From Chrysomallon squamiferum (taxonomy: Eukaryota > Animalia > Mollusca): a stretch of 64,000 bases of DNA. Under the pieces are notes generated by a model. That model had not been told where the DNA came from. It searched no databases and worked only from the letters and a program-made list of their open reading frames with translations. Of this stretch, positions 38,801-52,284 are shown piece by piece (within the stretch, counting starts at the first letter, position 1; every line of letters starts with the position of its first letter). The translations under genes were made by a program, and so were the position numbers. The stretch lies in contig CM022673.1 in the NCBI GenBank assembly GCA_012295275.1, positions 22,072,001 to 22,136,000 on the forward strand, given 5' to 3'.

Positions 38801-41800
38801 TACCAATGCTTATATTACTACCACAACCACTACTACTGCTACTACAACCACATATTTGACTTCAGTATCAGTTTCCTAACAAATGAGACACAGATATAGT
38901 TTCCAGTCGAGAAAGGATTTTCCCTGAAAGCTTTACTCAAATAGTAACACAACCCTTATTTCACAGTCCTTTTATCAAGCCTGACAATAAAATGTTATTT
39001 ATGAAGTTTTTATTGATTATGGATAATGTCGCTGATATTACATGTGGATGTCTTGCAGGATTACTTAATATATCAGCAATAGCTGAAATAGATCAAGAGA
39101 CATTTCTCGACTTATCTTTCTCATATCTTTATAAATTAATATTCACTTCCTCCTAAAGCAGAATTAAAGTATTACAAAGGCCAAATGTATTACTAAAAGA
39201 TAACACAGATTTCATTAACGTAAAACGTTTTACTGTAAATTTAATCCATACAGTTTTAATTTCCTTATTATCTCAAGGATTCTATATTCCATGGATTGCC
39301 TTTTATACTGTGATGAACTGTATGACCTCATATTTATTTTCAATAAAATATGTAGTCAACTGTTTTTTAATAATAGGCTTTTCCTTGGATTTTTAAAAGA
39401 GATTACTTATTTTCTGCTGTCATGTTATGACTGAAAATTATTCTCAAAATTTCTTAATCATGTCACTTTCTATATATAGAGGAGAGTAAAAGCAGAATTT
39501 AAACTATAAAAAAATCAACATAATTAAATTATTTAAATATTTATGCGAAAATATTTTGAAACTCAAATATTATTATTATTCGCAAAACACAATGGGAGAA
39601 TTTATTAACAAATAAATAGAAAACAATATTTATGTCACTTTAAAAGATAAACATTCAAAATACAAATATCCTCTTGAAGATTGACTGCAATAGTACATCA
39701 CAAACCATATAATAAAAATGTAAAAAGGATATTTCGCATTAAAATACTTCAACCTATATTATGAAATGTTATTGTTAAAATTTATTTATTTTATTTTAAA
39801 ATATTTTTTCTTCTTCTTTATATTTATATTTATATTTATTTATATTAATATTAATTTAATTTTTTATATACCGATCTAATGGCTCTATTTGAAATATACC
39901 AGAAAAAAATTAATCAAGAAAATAAATCACAATCATAAACATCGATATTGGTTTATTGATCAAATATCAATTCTATTCATGTTCTCAAAGATATTAAATT
40001 ATATACGTGATATTTTATATACAAAGTTTTGTCTGGAATGGGAAAAACGTCACATCGAGCTGGCGACTTTATAAAATGTCTTTTTAGTTTTATATGACAT
40101 TACTTTTTGTGTTATTGCATTTCATATCTGATTTAGTCCCAGTTGTATTTATATTTTATTTACTATAAAGATATCTGTCGCATAAACATATCACAGACAT
40201 TTGTCATTTAAATTGTCGTTAAATACAATTTCAAGCAATTGTTAAAATTATGTCTAAACAAAACAAAACAAATATCAAAAATACCACAGAAACAAAAAAA
40301 AAAAAAAAAATACTAATAATTTTTTTTTAATAATAATTAAAAAAAATAGAAAACAATTCACAGTTTAGAACACAATTATGGTAATGAGTTTTAATTTCTT
40401 TTTCTTTACTGTTTTTTTCTTTCCTTTTTTTTTCAGTTCCTTTTTTAAATCAGTAGATATCGGTTCATAACTCAGAATTTCTATTTCTAAAAGAGAGGTT
40501 ATTTTTGTGATTTCAGTAATGATTTTAGCATTGTCTGCTTTCTTCAGTATCCATTAAAAAATATACACGAAAAAAAAATTACCATCTCAACAGCAGCAGA
40601 CTATAAAAGTGCAGATAATTCAAACTTCGTTATCAGAACATTCAAATCATCAAAAATGTAGAAGAAATATTTTATATATTATACTGATTAAATATTTCTG
40701 TTTTATGCTCTATAGAATCCCTCACCCCGAACTTCTAGGTGAAGCCTAATGAGCCGGTGAAATGAGTAAGTAACGTGTACGTGGTCATTTGATAATGCTA
40801 GTAATTGTTAAGTAACGACACGTTTAAAACGAGAACACTGACATGTGATACACACATTCAAGTGTGACGTTGATGGATGCATCTGGGTGGAGTACAGTTA
40901 TTTGTTTGTTTTCTGCGGGAGATGGCAGAATATAATATAACATGGTTACACTTCTAGAAAAAAAAAGAAGAAGAAAAAGAAATGAAACAACAAACAAACA
41001 AACAAAATAAATAAATAAATAAACAAATAATATCGAAAAATAAATAATAGAATTGTAAGAGAGAGAGAGACAGAGCGAAAGAAAGGTAGCGAGAGAAAGA
41101 CAAAGAGAAAGAGAGAGTGAAAGAGAACGAGAGAGAGAGAGAGAGAGACCACCTAATCTGATAAATAATTAGACAATTTGTCAAGTTAATGTCTTGAAGC
41201 AAATGGCATTACTAATTTTTTATCAAACTGAAATATAGGCAAATAAAATCATTAAAAAAAAAAATAATAATATATACAATAATAAAAAATAAACCGCCTA
41301 GGAAAACTGAAACATTGTGTAAAAAAATCTAACCCTTTGATATCATCTGACAATTTAATTGTCACCGACTAAACTCTTGAGCTGAAATGTCACTTCTGAA
41401 TCACATCGCACTTACAGAAACAAGACACAAATCATTTTTGCCAGTCTCAAGTACGGAGCGACAATCGGGACATCTGTATTGTACGCTCTGTGTTAATTGA
41501 GCCTTACCAATGAATTAATGACAACGGCAATATTTGTCAGACAGTTGTACTTTATTAGTTGCGTGGACGGTATGAAGATATTAGCAGCTGCCTCGGAAGA
41601 TTAAATCAGTTATTAGTTATGAAAAAAGTAGGCATGTTAAGGCATGTGAACATATACAGCTGAAAATCTGTATTTGTGTTATACAAGCATTTCAGAAAAA
41701 TTAAGATTAGTAATATAGCAAAAGATTTTTTTATTTCATATTATTCAATATTATTATTCTATATTTTTATAGTGTAAAATTATTGACAATAATGATGGAC

Positions 41801-42358
41801 AGAAAGCACTAACAGTAAATTTACAGTTATGTCTCTTTATTGAACATAACAAAACTAAAATCAGTTTATTCTGATTTCATTACCAGCGCATACTTTACTT
41901 TCACACAGTTGTTACATCACCTTATTATTGTGTTGTGTTTAAAAAATAAAGATGGAACACAAGTCAAAAATCAAACACTTCGTCATCAGATTTTTAACAT
42001 TTTCAATGAAAAAAATACAGAAAAATCTGTATATCAATACTGAAAAATTAAAATCTATATATATTTCCAATCAAGGCTTTTGAAGCCAAACACATTGTTA
42101 TCGTACCTACTCCTTATTATTATTATTTTTAACAAATACTCGTTAAAATGAATACAGACAAAGTTAAAAATAGGTAAGATGTAAGATATGTAAATGAGAG
42201 AATTCAGCACGATTTTGACAGTAATGGATGGTTAGATCTAATAAAGAAATTATTTTATCTTTTAACAAATGCGCAGAGACATTTAATCTGTCGTCGGATG
42301 GGCGGTGGTTAATTTATTTGCATTTGTTGCACACGGAGGTGAAATAAAAGATAAGATG

Positions 42359-42468
<110 letters not shown>

Positions 42469-42560
42469 ACACACACACACACACATTAGATAGATTGTTT
42501 TATATAAACAGTTTTTCGAAATATGTTGTCCAAAAAAATAATAATAATAATAAATAAAAA

Positions 42561-42597
<37 letters not shown>

Positions 42598-43732
42598 AAT
42601 ATTTTAAAGAAGAAATGTTTATTTAGAATTGTGTCGATTATTTACCTAACTTTATTTTTCATTTGGTAGATGAGATCTCAACAATTCCAAAAACGCGTTG
42701 TTACTTCTAGTGAATTAAATAATTTTAAATTACTGTTTATGTGATACGCTTCAACTGTATAGGTAATCACCGAGCTTAGACCCTTGGGCTAAAAGAGGTG
42801 TTTACCCTTCTTGGCAAATCTCCCAGGTTTGGTTATATATCTGAAAGAGGTTAATTCTGTGACGTTGAAAAATATTGTCTTCGTTATTACAAAAGCATTT
42901 CGAACTTTACGTAGTGAAATGCAATTTCCAAATAACCACTTTATCTATTTTACATTTTTTAGTGTCATTAAGTTTGTTTGTTGTTGTGTGTTTTTTTGTG
43001 TGGATATGTATATATATTAGATAGACAGAGAGAAAGTTTGAGAGAAAAAGAGGCAGAGAGATTAGAAAACACTTATGACAATTTAATATAATACATGTTG
43101 CATTCTTTGTTTCATTGTAAAAACATGTTTTATCAAGTTTTAATTTGACTGTGTCTTGTTTATGGTGTACATTATAATTCCAATTTTCAGTAATACACAG
43201 GCATAGCTACAGAATTTCTTTTCCTTAAAAAGAAAAGTTGTAGTTCAATACAGTATATAATTACTTTTAAAATATTTCATTTTAATGCAGAATAACAAAA
43301 TAATGTTTGTGAGGTCCCCTGAATCAGGATTTTAATAGTTTGAAAAGATCAGCGAATAAACACGCGTTTTATGTGCATTGAGTTTTGATAGACAATGCCA
43401 GCTCTCTATTGTGACGCAACTGTACTGTCAAAAAATATAATAGTCAGGCTGTCAACACAGTTATATAAATTGTAAAGAATTAATAGCTTAAAAAACAAAA
43501 CAAACAAAACAAACATTAATAATAAAAATAATAATAATAAATTATAAAACTGCAAAGAAAAGAGATATATTAATGAGCAGGGTTTTATACTCTGTCAAAA
43601 CCAACGATATATACCATTTTAGACAGGCTGCCTGTTTATAAAGATTAAAATGACATAAAATAATTGGAATAGGTTTTATATCAAACATTATTGTTAAACG
43701 TCATCTGAGAAACAGTCTGTCATCGACGCTTG

Positions 43733-44032
43733 CTATATTTTTTTTTTCTGATTTCTCTCCAAAGCAAACTCCTCTGTGATGGCCTCCATGCTTAACATCG
43801 GTTGCGAAAGTCTGCTTTCAGTAGCAGCCGCAAAATATTTAATTTGTTTTATCATTTTAAGAACGTCAGTGAACGAAAGATCAGTCACTGTGTGTATCGT
43901 CGATCCATTCAGTTTTTTGAGTTTGCGGTCGTTACTCTCTGCCGAAATATTCGTTTTCGTACAATTGTCGATAATGGTCAGTACGTTTTAAAATGTCAAA
44001 TATTGCCTGTCTTTATATTTCAAATTGTATTG
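43733..44032 (-). mobile_element. Possible decayed hAT transposase C-terminal (dimerisation) fragment
   Basis: Minus frame reads ...YLTF*NVLTIIDNC...KMIKQIKY...ESRLSQPMLSMEAITEEF, resembling FPN(L/V)..L.D...K.IK...RSRLS.; the central ERxFS motif is not visible. Confidence 0.3.
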
Positions 44033-44117
44033 CTAAGATTCAGTTGTACTAAACTTAGGCTTACCATTAACTCAAAGTCGCCTTGTTTTCACTTTTTTTA
44101 AATTTAATTAATTAATT

Positions 44118-44214
<97 letters not shown>

Positions 44215-45169
44215 TTTAAATACATCACTTGGAAGTTGAAAGTATCGAAACATTTTGCCTCTATTTTGTCCAACGATCTTGAAACACATTCTGTGATCGG
44301 TCAGCGGACTTCCGTTATTTCCGAAATGAATTGTTTTTCTTTTGTGATTAGAATTTGACAGTAAACACAGTTCTTTTAAACTTGTATACGAAGTAAATGA
44401 ATTGAGACTGCCATAATAAATGACATAATTACATGTACAGTAAAGATTAGAATTAACAAACCAACCTAAGTAGAGGTCCAAGACTTGAGAAAGCAGGCTG
44501 CAAGTATTTGTAAACCAACATAAGAATAAAACTTTTGTTAAATAATTTTATTACTGAAGGCACCAGTCTTTATACAGTACTTTGTTAATGGCCCTATTTC
44601 ACTAGAAACAGAACACCGATGTTTACATATATATGTTTAATTTTATGTTTGTGACAATAGCTTAGTTTATAAAATTCTATACGTTGCCGTTTTTTGTTTT
44701 AGGACGCTCTGCCATTACGACGAACTCAATAAAACAAAACCTTTGAACCTTGAAAAAAATGAACGAGCTAATCAGAGGAAGCTGTTGTGAAGCACGTCTA
44801 CGACGGGAACGCTTTCTGACAGGTCAGCGGGCGTGTCCATCGCAATAAAACAAAACAAAATGTGCACATTAAATATATCTGCAGATTTCTGCTTTTGACA
44901 CTAAATCTAATGAGTTCATTCACTTAGGAATCAACACTAATAATAATCTTTTTCATTTTGCTGTATATAGTAATTACAAGAACATTTCATTATTGTTTAT
45001 AAATCTTTCAAAAAGTGCGATTATTTCATCTTGAGCACGCGATAGCCTATTTGCCGTCTTTGTTTAAGAAGTGATCGTACTTGCAAAATTAAGTGTCGTT
45101 TTAGTAATTACTATATAAACTGTTCTTTTGTTCTGTAATTTAAACCCGGTATTCGAAGTAGACAATGAC

Positions 45170-45530
45170 AAACTGTAGGAACTTTTAGCTATTAGGCTAT
45201 ACATAACTTTCATTGCTTTGTCATATAGTTGTTTTACGTTGTAACTGAACAGACCGTTTCTTGTAAAGTGTATGTCCAAATCTCTCCATTCAATTCAAAT
45301 ATATAATTACGAAGTTTTCTCCCTTTAGCGAAAATTATTATTTTATTTTTATTTGTATTAGCAGTATTTGGCAAAAATGTTAAGATTATGTTGTAGAGCA
45401 TCCGGTGATTCTGCTAACAGTATTGTATCGTCCACATATAGCAAAATAAAAAACTTTAAATAAATTCTTCACTAAACATTGCTGTAATTGATTCTAGTCC
45501 ATTTGCCTTATTATAAGAAATTCCTGTAAG
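45170..45530 (-). mobile_element. Decayed LINE reverse-transcriptase fragment (CR1/L2-like)
   Basis: Frameshifted minus-strand reading FFILLYVDDTILLAESPDALQHNLNIFAKYC (YxDD at 45438-45427), then IIIFAKGRKLRNYIFELNGE and IHFTRNGLFSYNVKQLYDKAMKVMYSL, the usual order of motifs after YADD in LINE ORF2. Confidence 0.85.
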
Positions 45531-45664
45531 TGATAGAAAATAAAAAAGTCAGAGAATATACGGATTAGTCAAAGTTTTGTTCATAATAGATTAACGATTG
45601 CAAGCCGGGACTTTGAAATGATGTAGCTCAGGGTTAATCAAAGACCGGTTTCCGTAGAGTTCAC

Positions 45665-45824
<160 letters not shown>

Positions 45825-46055
45825 AAAAAATTACTCTATAGTCTATTACAAGTTTTGAATTTACAACTCAACACAAAATTATGTTTAATGATCCGTGCTA
45901 TACAGACCTACTTTCCACATTAACGCTTGCATAGACCACTTAAAAAATTGTCACGGATTTTGACTTAATTTGGCAGTGACCGTTATCCATTACACAAATC
46001 CATGATTAATCCAAGTTACTTCTATTTAGTATCAGCAAGAGAAAGACGTTGTTGA

Positions 46056-46206
<151 letters not shown>

Positions 46207-47317
46207 GTCCATCACGTTACATTAATATATTATCGAAGCTGATTTAATACGTATATCAAATGTGCGATATGTAATGATATGTAGTAATATATAAGATATC
46301 AATAATTTTCAGTAATGCTTGTAAGGTTATATATATATATATCATAATCTGAATCCGTAACTAACAATATACTGATAAATATCAATGATCATATACATAG
46401 ACCATTATTTAATATTATTTAATTAATAGAATGCATAAAATGTCGACAGCTTAATTTTATATGGCAGAGTACCTGGTAAGGACATACAAATTAGGGTAAA
46501 AATAGCTAGATATTTCTTTTAGCTCAGAAAAAATAAATAAATAAATAAATAAATAAAAAAATAAATAAATAAATAAATAATGTTAAAACAAAAAACTATA
46601 AATAATTCAGAATCAAATATAAATAAGTAAATAAACACGACAGATAAATAAGTATAAATAAGAATAAACTAAAAAGGAAAACATCCAACCAGCCAACAAA
46701 CCAAGCAAACAAAGAAACAAACAGATATCAATAAATAAATAAATAAATAAATAAATAAATATTCTATAAATTGTTAAGATAAAAGAGTATTTAAGAAACA
46801 AAAACTGGTTAATTTAGACAAATTTCACGTACTGGACATCACATACCTAACGTTTTGATGTGCTTAACAGTGTAAAAAACAGACCTGTATATTTAGCTCT
46901 GAGCTACGTGTAAATGTTTGCGACTAATAATAAGTACTATTATAATCGGGTGAGTTAAGCTTGTCGCTGTGAATAGCTCAACTTTTGAACATGGTAAGGT
47001 AAAATATAACAAACCAATGCACCGAAGCAGAAATAATACATAGTCAAACTGAGTTTGGCACAAAACGTTTGTAATAACTAGCTCTTAGTTAATTATGTTT
47101 AGCGTCAAAGAAGACGGGATGTTTACCTAACGTTTTCTTCACAGCTAAGTGTAACGGGATATTATTGTACACTGGCATATTCCTAAATTGGCTATGTACC
47201 TATGAATATCTACGAATGCATGTCGGTAAGCAGGTCAGTGTGTATAATCAGAAGAGTTTAACTTGCGAATATGAGTTGATATTTGACTGTCTGTCACTGG
47301 TCTGACACCTGCTGGTC

Positions 47318-47863
47318 ATGGAGTCCTACAGTTCAGAAATTGAAGCTGAAGTGTTGGAGGATACAGCCAGTTCGATTTCGGAATACATCGCAGAAACGAA
47401 AGACGCCATAATTCGATTCAACGTAGGAGGCTGTAAGTTTCAGACATTTGAATCAACTCTGAACAAACCTTTAGACTCTAGCGTAAAACTCTGTGACAAG
47501 GAGTTCCTCCAGGGCCACTTCATTGAGGAAAATAATGAATATTTTTTTGACCGAGATCCAGAAATGTTCCGCGTCATTTTGAACCTGCTGAGAACGGGGA
47601 GACTTCATCTTCCGGCAAACGTGTGTGGCCCAGTCGTGAAAGAAGAGCTCGAGTTCTGGGGTGTTCATCAAGTAGACATCGAGGCATGCTGCTGGGGACA
47701 TTTTAATGCCTGGAACTCGACAGAGAAAGCTTTGGCCAAGATGGAGAAGGAAAGAAAAGCACACGCTGACTCTCTCAGCAGTGAGGGTAAACATGGGTTA
47801 GAGAAAGTTAGACACATCACTTGGCTGCTTTTAACTAAGCATACGTCATCTATAGGGTCACAG
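47318..47863 (+). CDS. Voltage-gated K+ channel, Shaw/Kv3 (KCNC)-like paralogue A, exon 1 (T1/BTB domain)
   Basis: FNVGG..F.T, EYFFDRDP, and RTGRLHLPANVCG...ELEFWG...IEACCW (HX5CX20CC Zn site); CAG|GTAAGT donor at 47864, phase 0. Confidence 0.95.
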
Positions 47864-48051
47864 GTAAGTGATATTGGACATCTCTCTCCATGATTCTAGT
47901 TAATAATCAGAAACCAATATTATAAAATAGTAGGAAAGAGTCTGTTAGCAAAGATAACTATTATTATTAATTATATTTTTTAATCTTACAATTAGAACTA
48001 TCACAATATTTCAAAGAACAAGAAAATAAACGCAAAGACAAACACTACATA

Positions 48052-48109
<58 letters not shown>

Positions 48110-48700
48110 GTTTCAGTATTTAACTTTGTGAATTTCGAAACTGGAAATACCCGCACATATGAGGCTTTGTTTGATAAATGAATAAACATTTTACTAGAAA
48201 GCAGAATCAGAATGATTGTTTATTTATCTATTTAGTGAAAGCATTTCGAAAACCTTAAACATAAAGAGACCTTTGTACGAGTAAACTCGTTCCATTACTG
48301 TATAACACGAGGTGGGATCTATTTTCAGATTCAGTTATATTTTATGTTCTTGTACACAAACAGTTCTCTCTTGAACAATGTTTGACGTCATCCAGACTTA
48401 AGCTAGGTCAAGGGAACTAAGGTTATTGCTGTCACTTCTGTAAGCTGTTTATTTGTAGACAAGCTATTCATAAAGATAACTGCTGTACCGTGCTTGTATT
48501 AATTCGTATTACAGACTACTGAAGCCAGATTTATTAATATATTCAAGTAATAGATCTCGTTTGATTTTGTAATACTACTGCAGTCGAACTTTGGACAACT
48601 TGCTGTTCAGATATTGGTACCATCATATCAAAAAATAATGCAGTCTTTCTTGTTCAGAATTTGATGTTTTGTTACTTTATAACAAACAAATACCACATTG

Positions 48701-48783
<83 letters not shown>

Positions 48784-51108
48784 GTTTTTACAATTTTCAA
48801 TTCTCTGAATATGCATGTTGAAGTTTTTTCTATTAGGATTATTATATAATCAGTAAAAAAGAATTATACGCCATCCAAACTTATTCAGATTTGGAAAGAC
48901 ATATTAGTAAAACGATGAAAGCTTTATACAATTTTTTTACAATAATACTGAATAAAGATGTTTATTAGAAGTCAACAATAACAAAATAAGTCGTTTTTCG
49001 TAAATAATACTGTGAGCAGAGAAAATAAGGCGGAATTTTTTTGACTGTTAAATAATAATAATAAAATAATAAAACAAAATAGTAGTCCGGAAAGATACCT
49101 AGCTCCACGAAAATGTTCTAGAAACATTAATCACTCAGTTAGCATCCGTGTGCATTGATCAGTGCTTGTAACCCACTTCTCATGCTAGGAAACAATCTCT
49201 GAATTGTTTGCTGTTGGAGCAATACCCAATACTGATGTAAAGCAGCTTCAAGTACTACTACAGTTTGAATTGGTGGATTCCTTTGTCAAATGATAGTCCA
49301 AGAATGTCCCGTTGGACTTCAACAGCAAATTGACTGTTATTGTGCGTCTAAATATGAATTCACCCAATCGGTAACCCGCAGTACACTCCAAGATCCCTGC
49401 AGCACATAAAAAGTTGATGGTTATGTCTATTAGTCAGCTGAAGACTTTTAAGAGGTCTATACGATCGATATTCCTCAGCCTTGAAAGGATTTCTGATCCT
49501 CTGGAGTGCGAATTGCCGGTATTCCATTGGTTCATATGTTAAGGTGTACTGGTGAAGGGGACATCTTACAAGTTAAATCAGATTTCGATCTTCAAGAACA
49601 CATGTTTTAGTCTTGCGGACGTTGGACTGTCCTTGGAGATATCAGTTTGCTTCTCAGTCTAGTGATAACTACTAGCATATGGTGAAAAGCTAGCTGTCTT
49701 GTATTAGCCGCGCAAGACATTCAGCCAATTTTTATTCGTATTATTCTCCATCTCTTGTCATTAGAAAGTTCAACTGAAACAAAATTAAAGTGTTTAGACA
49801 AACGATAAATAGAAGTCCACGTTAGTTTGCTACACTCCAGGCTGTAAGTGCATGGCACAGTGAAATATAGACAAATATATTACTGTTTATAACACTAATA
49901 ACATTTATTTTTAATATTTACCTCAAGCCAAAATACTATTCAGATATTGTTTAGATGGCGATTAAGTTTTTGTATTACGTATGCTGGTCTGTCTAAATTT
50001 AATAATTACACTTTTCGAAAACAGATTCAACAACATTAAATCAATGTGTATAGGTATAATGTGTGTGTATGTTTGTATACATATACATACACACACACAT
50101 ACACATACACACACACATACACACACACACACACATACATACACACGCATACACACACACACATAAATACCTAATCACATTGGTCGAATGGATTAAATCA
50201 TTGATAGAGAACCTAAACAAATACAAAAAAAAAAAATACACAAATTAAATTTGAAATATCATAAAACACAACTGAGTTTTCACTGATAAAAATCAAATAC
50301 AATATAAAATATAATAAAACAGACAGTGGACAAACTCTAGCTCGTTGTAACTGACGTCACAGTAGTGTTGCCAGCGGCAATTCAAAGGCCTCTTTATGTA
50401 TTTCATTGTATTTTTGTTGTCAGCTGACTGACTGTAAATGGAGAACGCTAGAAGAATGTTAATGCGCTCGGGTGAGCAGCCAGCTCCCAGGTCCTGGCTT
50501 TTACAAACAGATCACTGCGACAAGCTGGCGGTTACTCGATGGTGACAGGGCGTGGTTGTAATTTCAACTTGTATTTCCCGTGCGTTTGTTTAGGGTTTAT
50601 GTTCAACTCTCTGTGCTAGCTGTATCTTGCTGCACAGAGCTGAGTGTATGTCAGCAATATAGAAAAACAAATAACAATCAATAATATGAATAATTGCTTG
50701 TTATTTCAATATATGTTAGTATATATATATATATCTGTGTGTGTTGTTGTATTATATTTTTATTCCGTTAGTACCTATGTATTACCAATACCTATCTATC
50801 ATACAATTAAACATAAATACACAATAACACATTAGTGCAAAACGCACACATACATATATATGCTAATCCTTTGTAATGTTGTATGTAAATGATACACATA
50901 AATAATTTATATATTAAAAATACTGGCAAGGTTAGGCATTATCTTAATTTTGTTATTTTGTTTTATTACTATACTATGATTACAAAACAACGCAATTTGA
51001 TGGTATGTCGATAATTAAAAATTTATAGTTTTTGTTGTTGTTGTTTATTGTTTTATCGAACTATATGGATATATTTCACTGGGATGCTTACTATACTCTC
51101 TGTTTCAG

Positions 51109-52029
51109 GTTTACGGATGGATTTCTCTCGTGTTTGTAATGATGGCAATTTTCTCCTTCTGCGCGACCACGCACACTTTCTTCCGCGTTCCCGTCTCTCT
51201 GCCACCGAGTTTTAACACTACCGAAGAAGAATACAACGTCACCAACAACATCGTTACGTCGGAATCGGAAAGTGTGAAAAGCAAGAGCAGTGTGGCCACG
51301 AGACCTCACGAGGCTCTGGTGATTCTCGACATCGCGTGTCTTGTGTTCTTCAGCCTGGAGTACCTCATCAGAATGCTCTGTGCTCCACACCTCTTGAAGT
51401 TCCTCAGATCCCCTCTCTCGGTGGTGGACATGCTCGCTATACTCCCAGATTATGTGGAACTCATAGCCAAAACCATAGACCCTTCGTCAATGGAGGCAGG
51501 AACTTTTGTGAACTTCATGCCTCTCCTCAGACTGATGCGAGCTTTTAGGATATTCCGCCTCATCCGTCACATTTCTGGCTTGTGGGTTCTCTTCTACACT
51601 CTGAAGGCTAGTCGCAAAGAACTGTTCATGATGCTCGTTTTTCTCTTGGTGGGTATGCTGCTTTGTGCATCTCTTATGTACTACGTTGACGATAAAGAGA
51701 CATTCACAAGCATCCCGCATTCGTTCTGGTGGGCTGTTATTACCATGACCACCGTTGGGTACGGAGATATGTACCCGACTAAGCCTCTCGGGTACCTGGT
51801 TGGTTCGTGTACGGCTGTTTTTGGGGTTCTTATGCTTGGTTTTACTATTCCGGCTCTGGTAAACAATTTCGCCGTGTATTATCATCATTTAGAGTTCGCT
51901 GAAGAAAAGGAGAGAATAATAAAAGAAAGAGAAAATCTAGAAAAACAGAAAGCGTTAGAAATAAAAACAGTCAACGGAAAAGCGACAACAGACACTATAG
52001 AACAATTACCACTGGCAACACTGACATAG
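51109..52029 (+). CDS. Shaw/Kv3-like K+ channel paralogue A, exon 2 (S1-S6 and pore); joined protein 488 aa
   Basis: tgtttcag acceptor; S4 RLMRAFRIFRLIRH; WWAVITMTTVGYGDMYP selectivity filter (TVGYGD at 51751-51768); TAG at 52027-52029. Confidence 0.96.
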   Translation, partial: VYGWISLVFVMMAIFSFCATTHTFFRVPVSLPPSFNTTEEEYNVTNNIVTSESESVKSKSSVATRPHEALVILDIACLVFFSLEYLIRMLCAPHLLKFLRSPLSVVDMLAILPDYVELIAKTIDPSSMEAGTFVNFMPLLRLMRAFRIFRLIRHISGLWVLFYTLKASRKELFMMLVFLLVGMLLCASLMYYVDDKETFTSIPHSFWWAVITMTTVGYGDMYPTKPLGYLVGSCTAVFGVLMLGFTIPALVNNFAVYYHHLEFAEEKERIIKERENLEKQKALEIKTVNGKATTDTIEQLPLATLT

Positions 52030-52137
52030 TATGAACAATATAATTAATTAATTTGTATTATTTGTTAATATAGCGCAATTTCCAGAACTGTTCAAGTGCG
52101 CTTTGACAGTTATTTCCCCTGACTGAGAGATGTTTTC

Positions 52138-52284
52138 TTACCCAGGACACACCTCAGCTCCCTGGGGAGCATACAGCGTATTGGCGCAGTGCACTAATCG
52201 CAACTGCTGCGTGACAGAGTTGCAACTCCAGTGTCTCGAACTCGCGACCTTTCCGTTATGTGTCCAAAATTCTAAACGACGGCG
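52138..52284 (-). mobile_element. tRNA-derived SINE fragment, possibly MetaSINE-type
   Basis: Minus strand has a tRNA-like head with a B-box-like ggtcgcgagttcgagac, followed by gctgtatgctccccagggagctgag, which I recall as the MetaSINE core (not verified). Confidence 0.6.

Noticed and set aside
44703-44790. Phase-2 exon candidate RTLCHYDELNK... resembling the start of peptide exon 3
   Set aside because: Only one Cys; the region looks more promoter-like (GGGCGTGTC); a chance match is likely.
49170-49720. Coding-like stretch in the Kv A intron with RDLGV on the minus strand
   Set aside because: A single short motif without flanking RT context.
51091-51888. Antisense and alternate-frame ORFs over the Kv exons (also 47471-47794 and 57013-57216)
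   Set aside because: Shadows of the real channel coding sequence.
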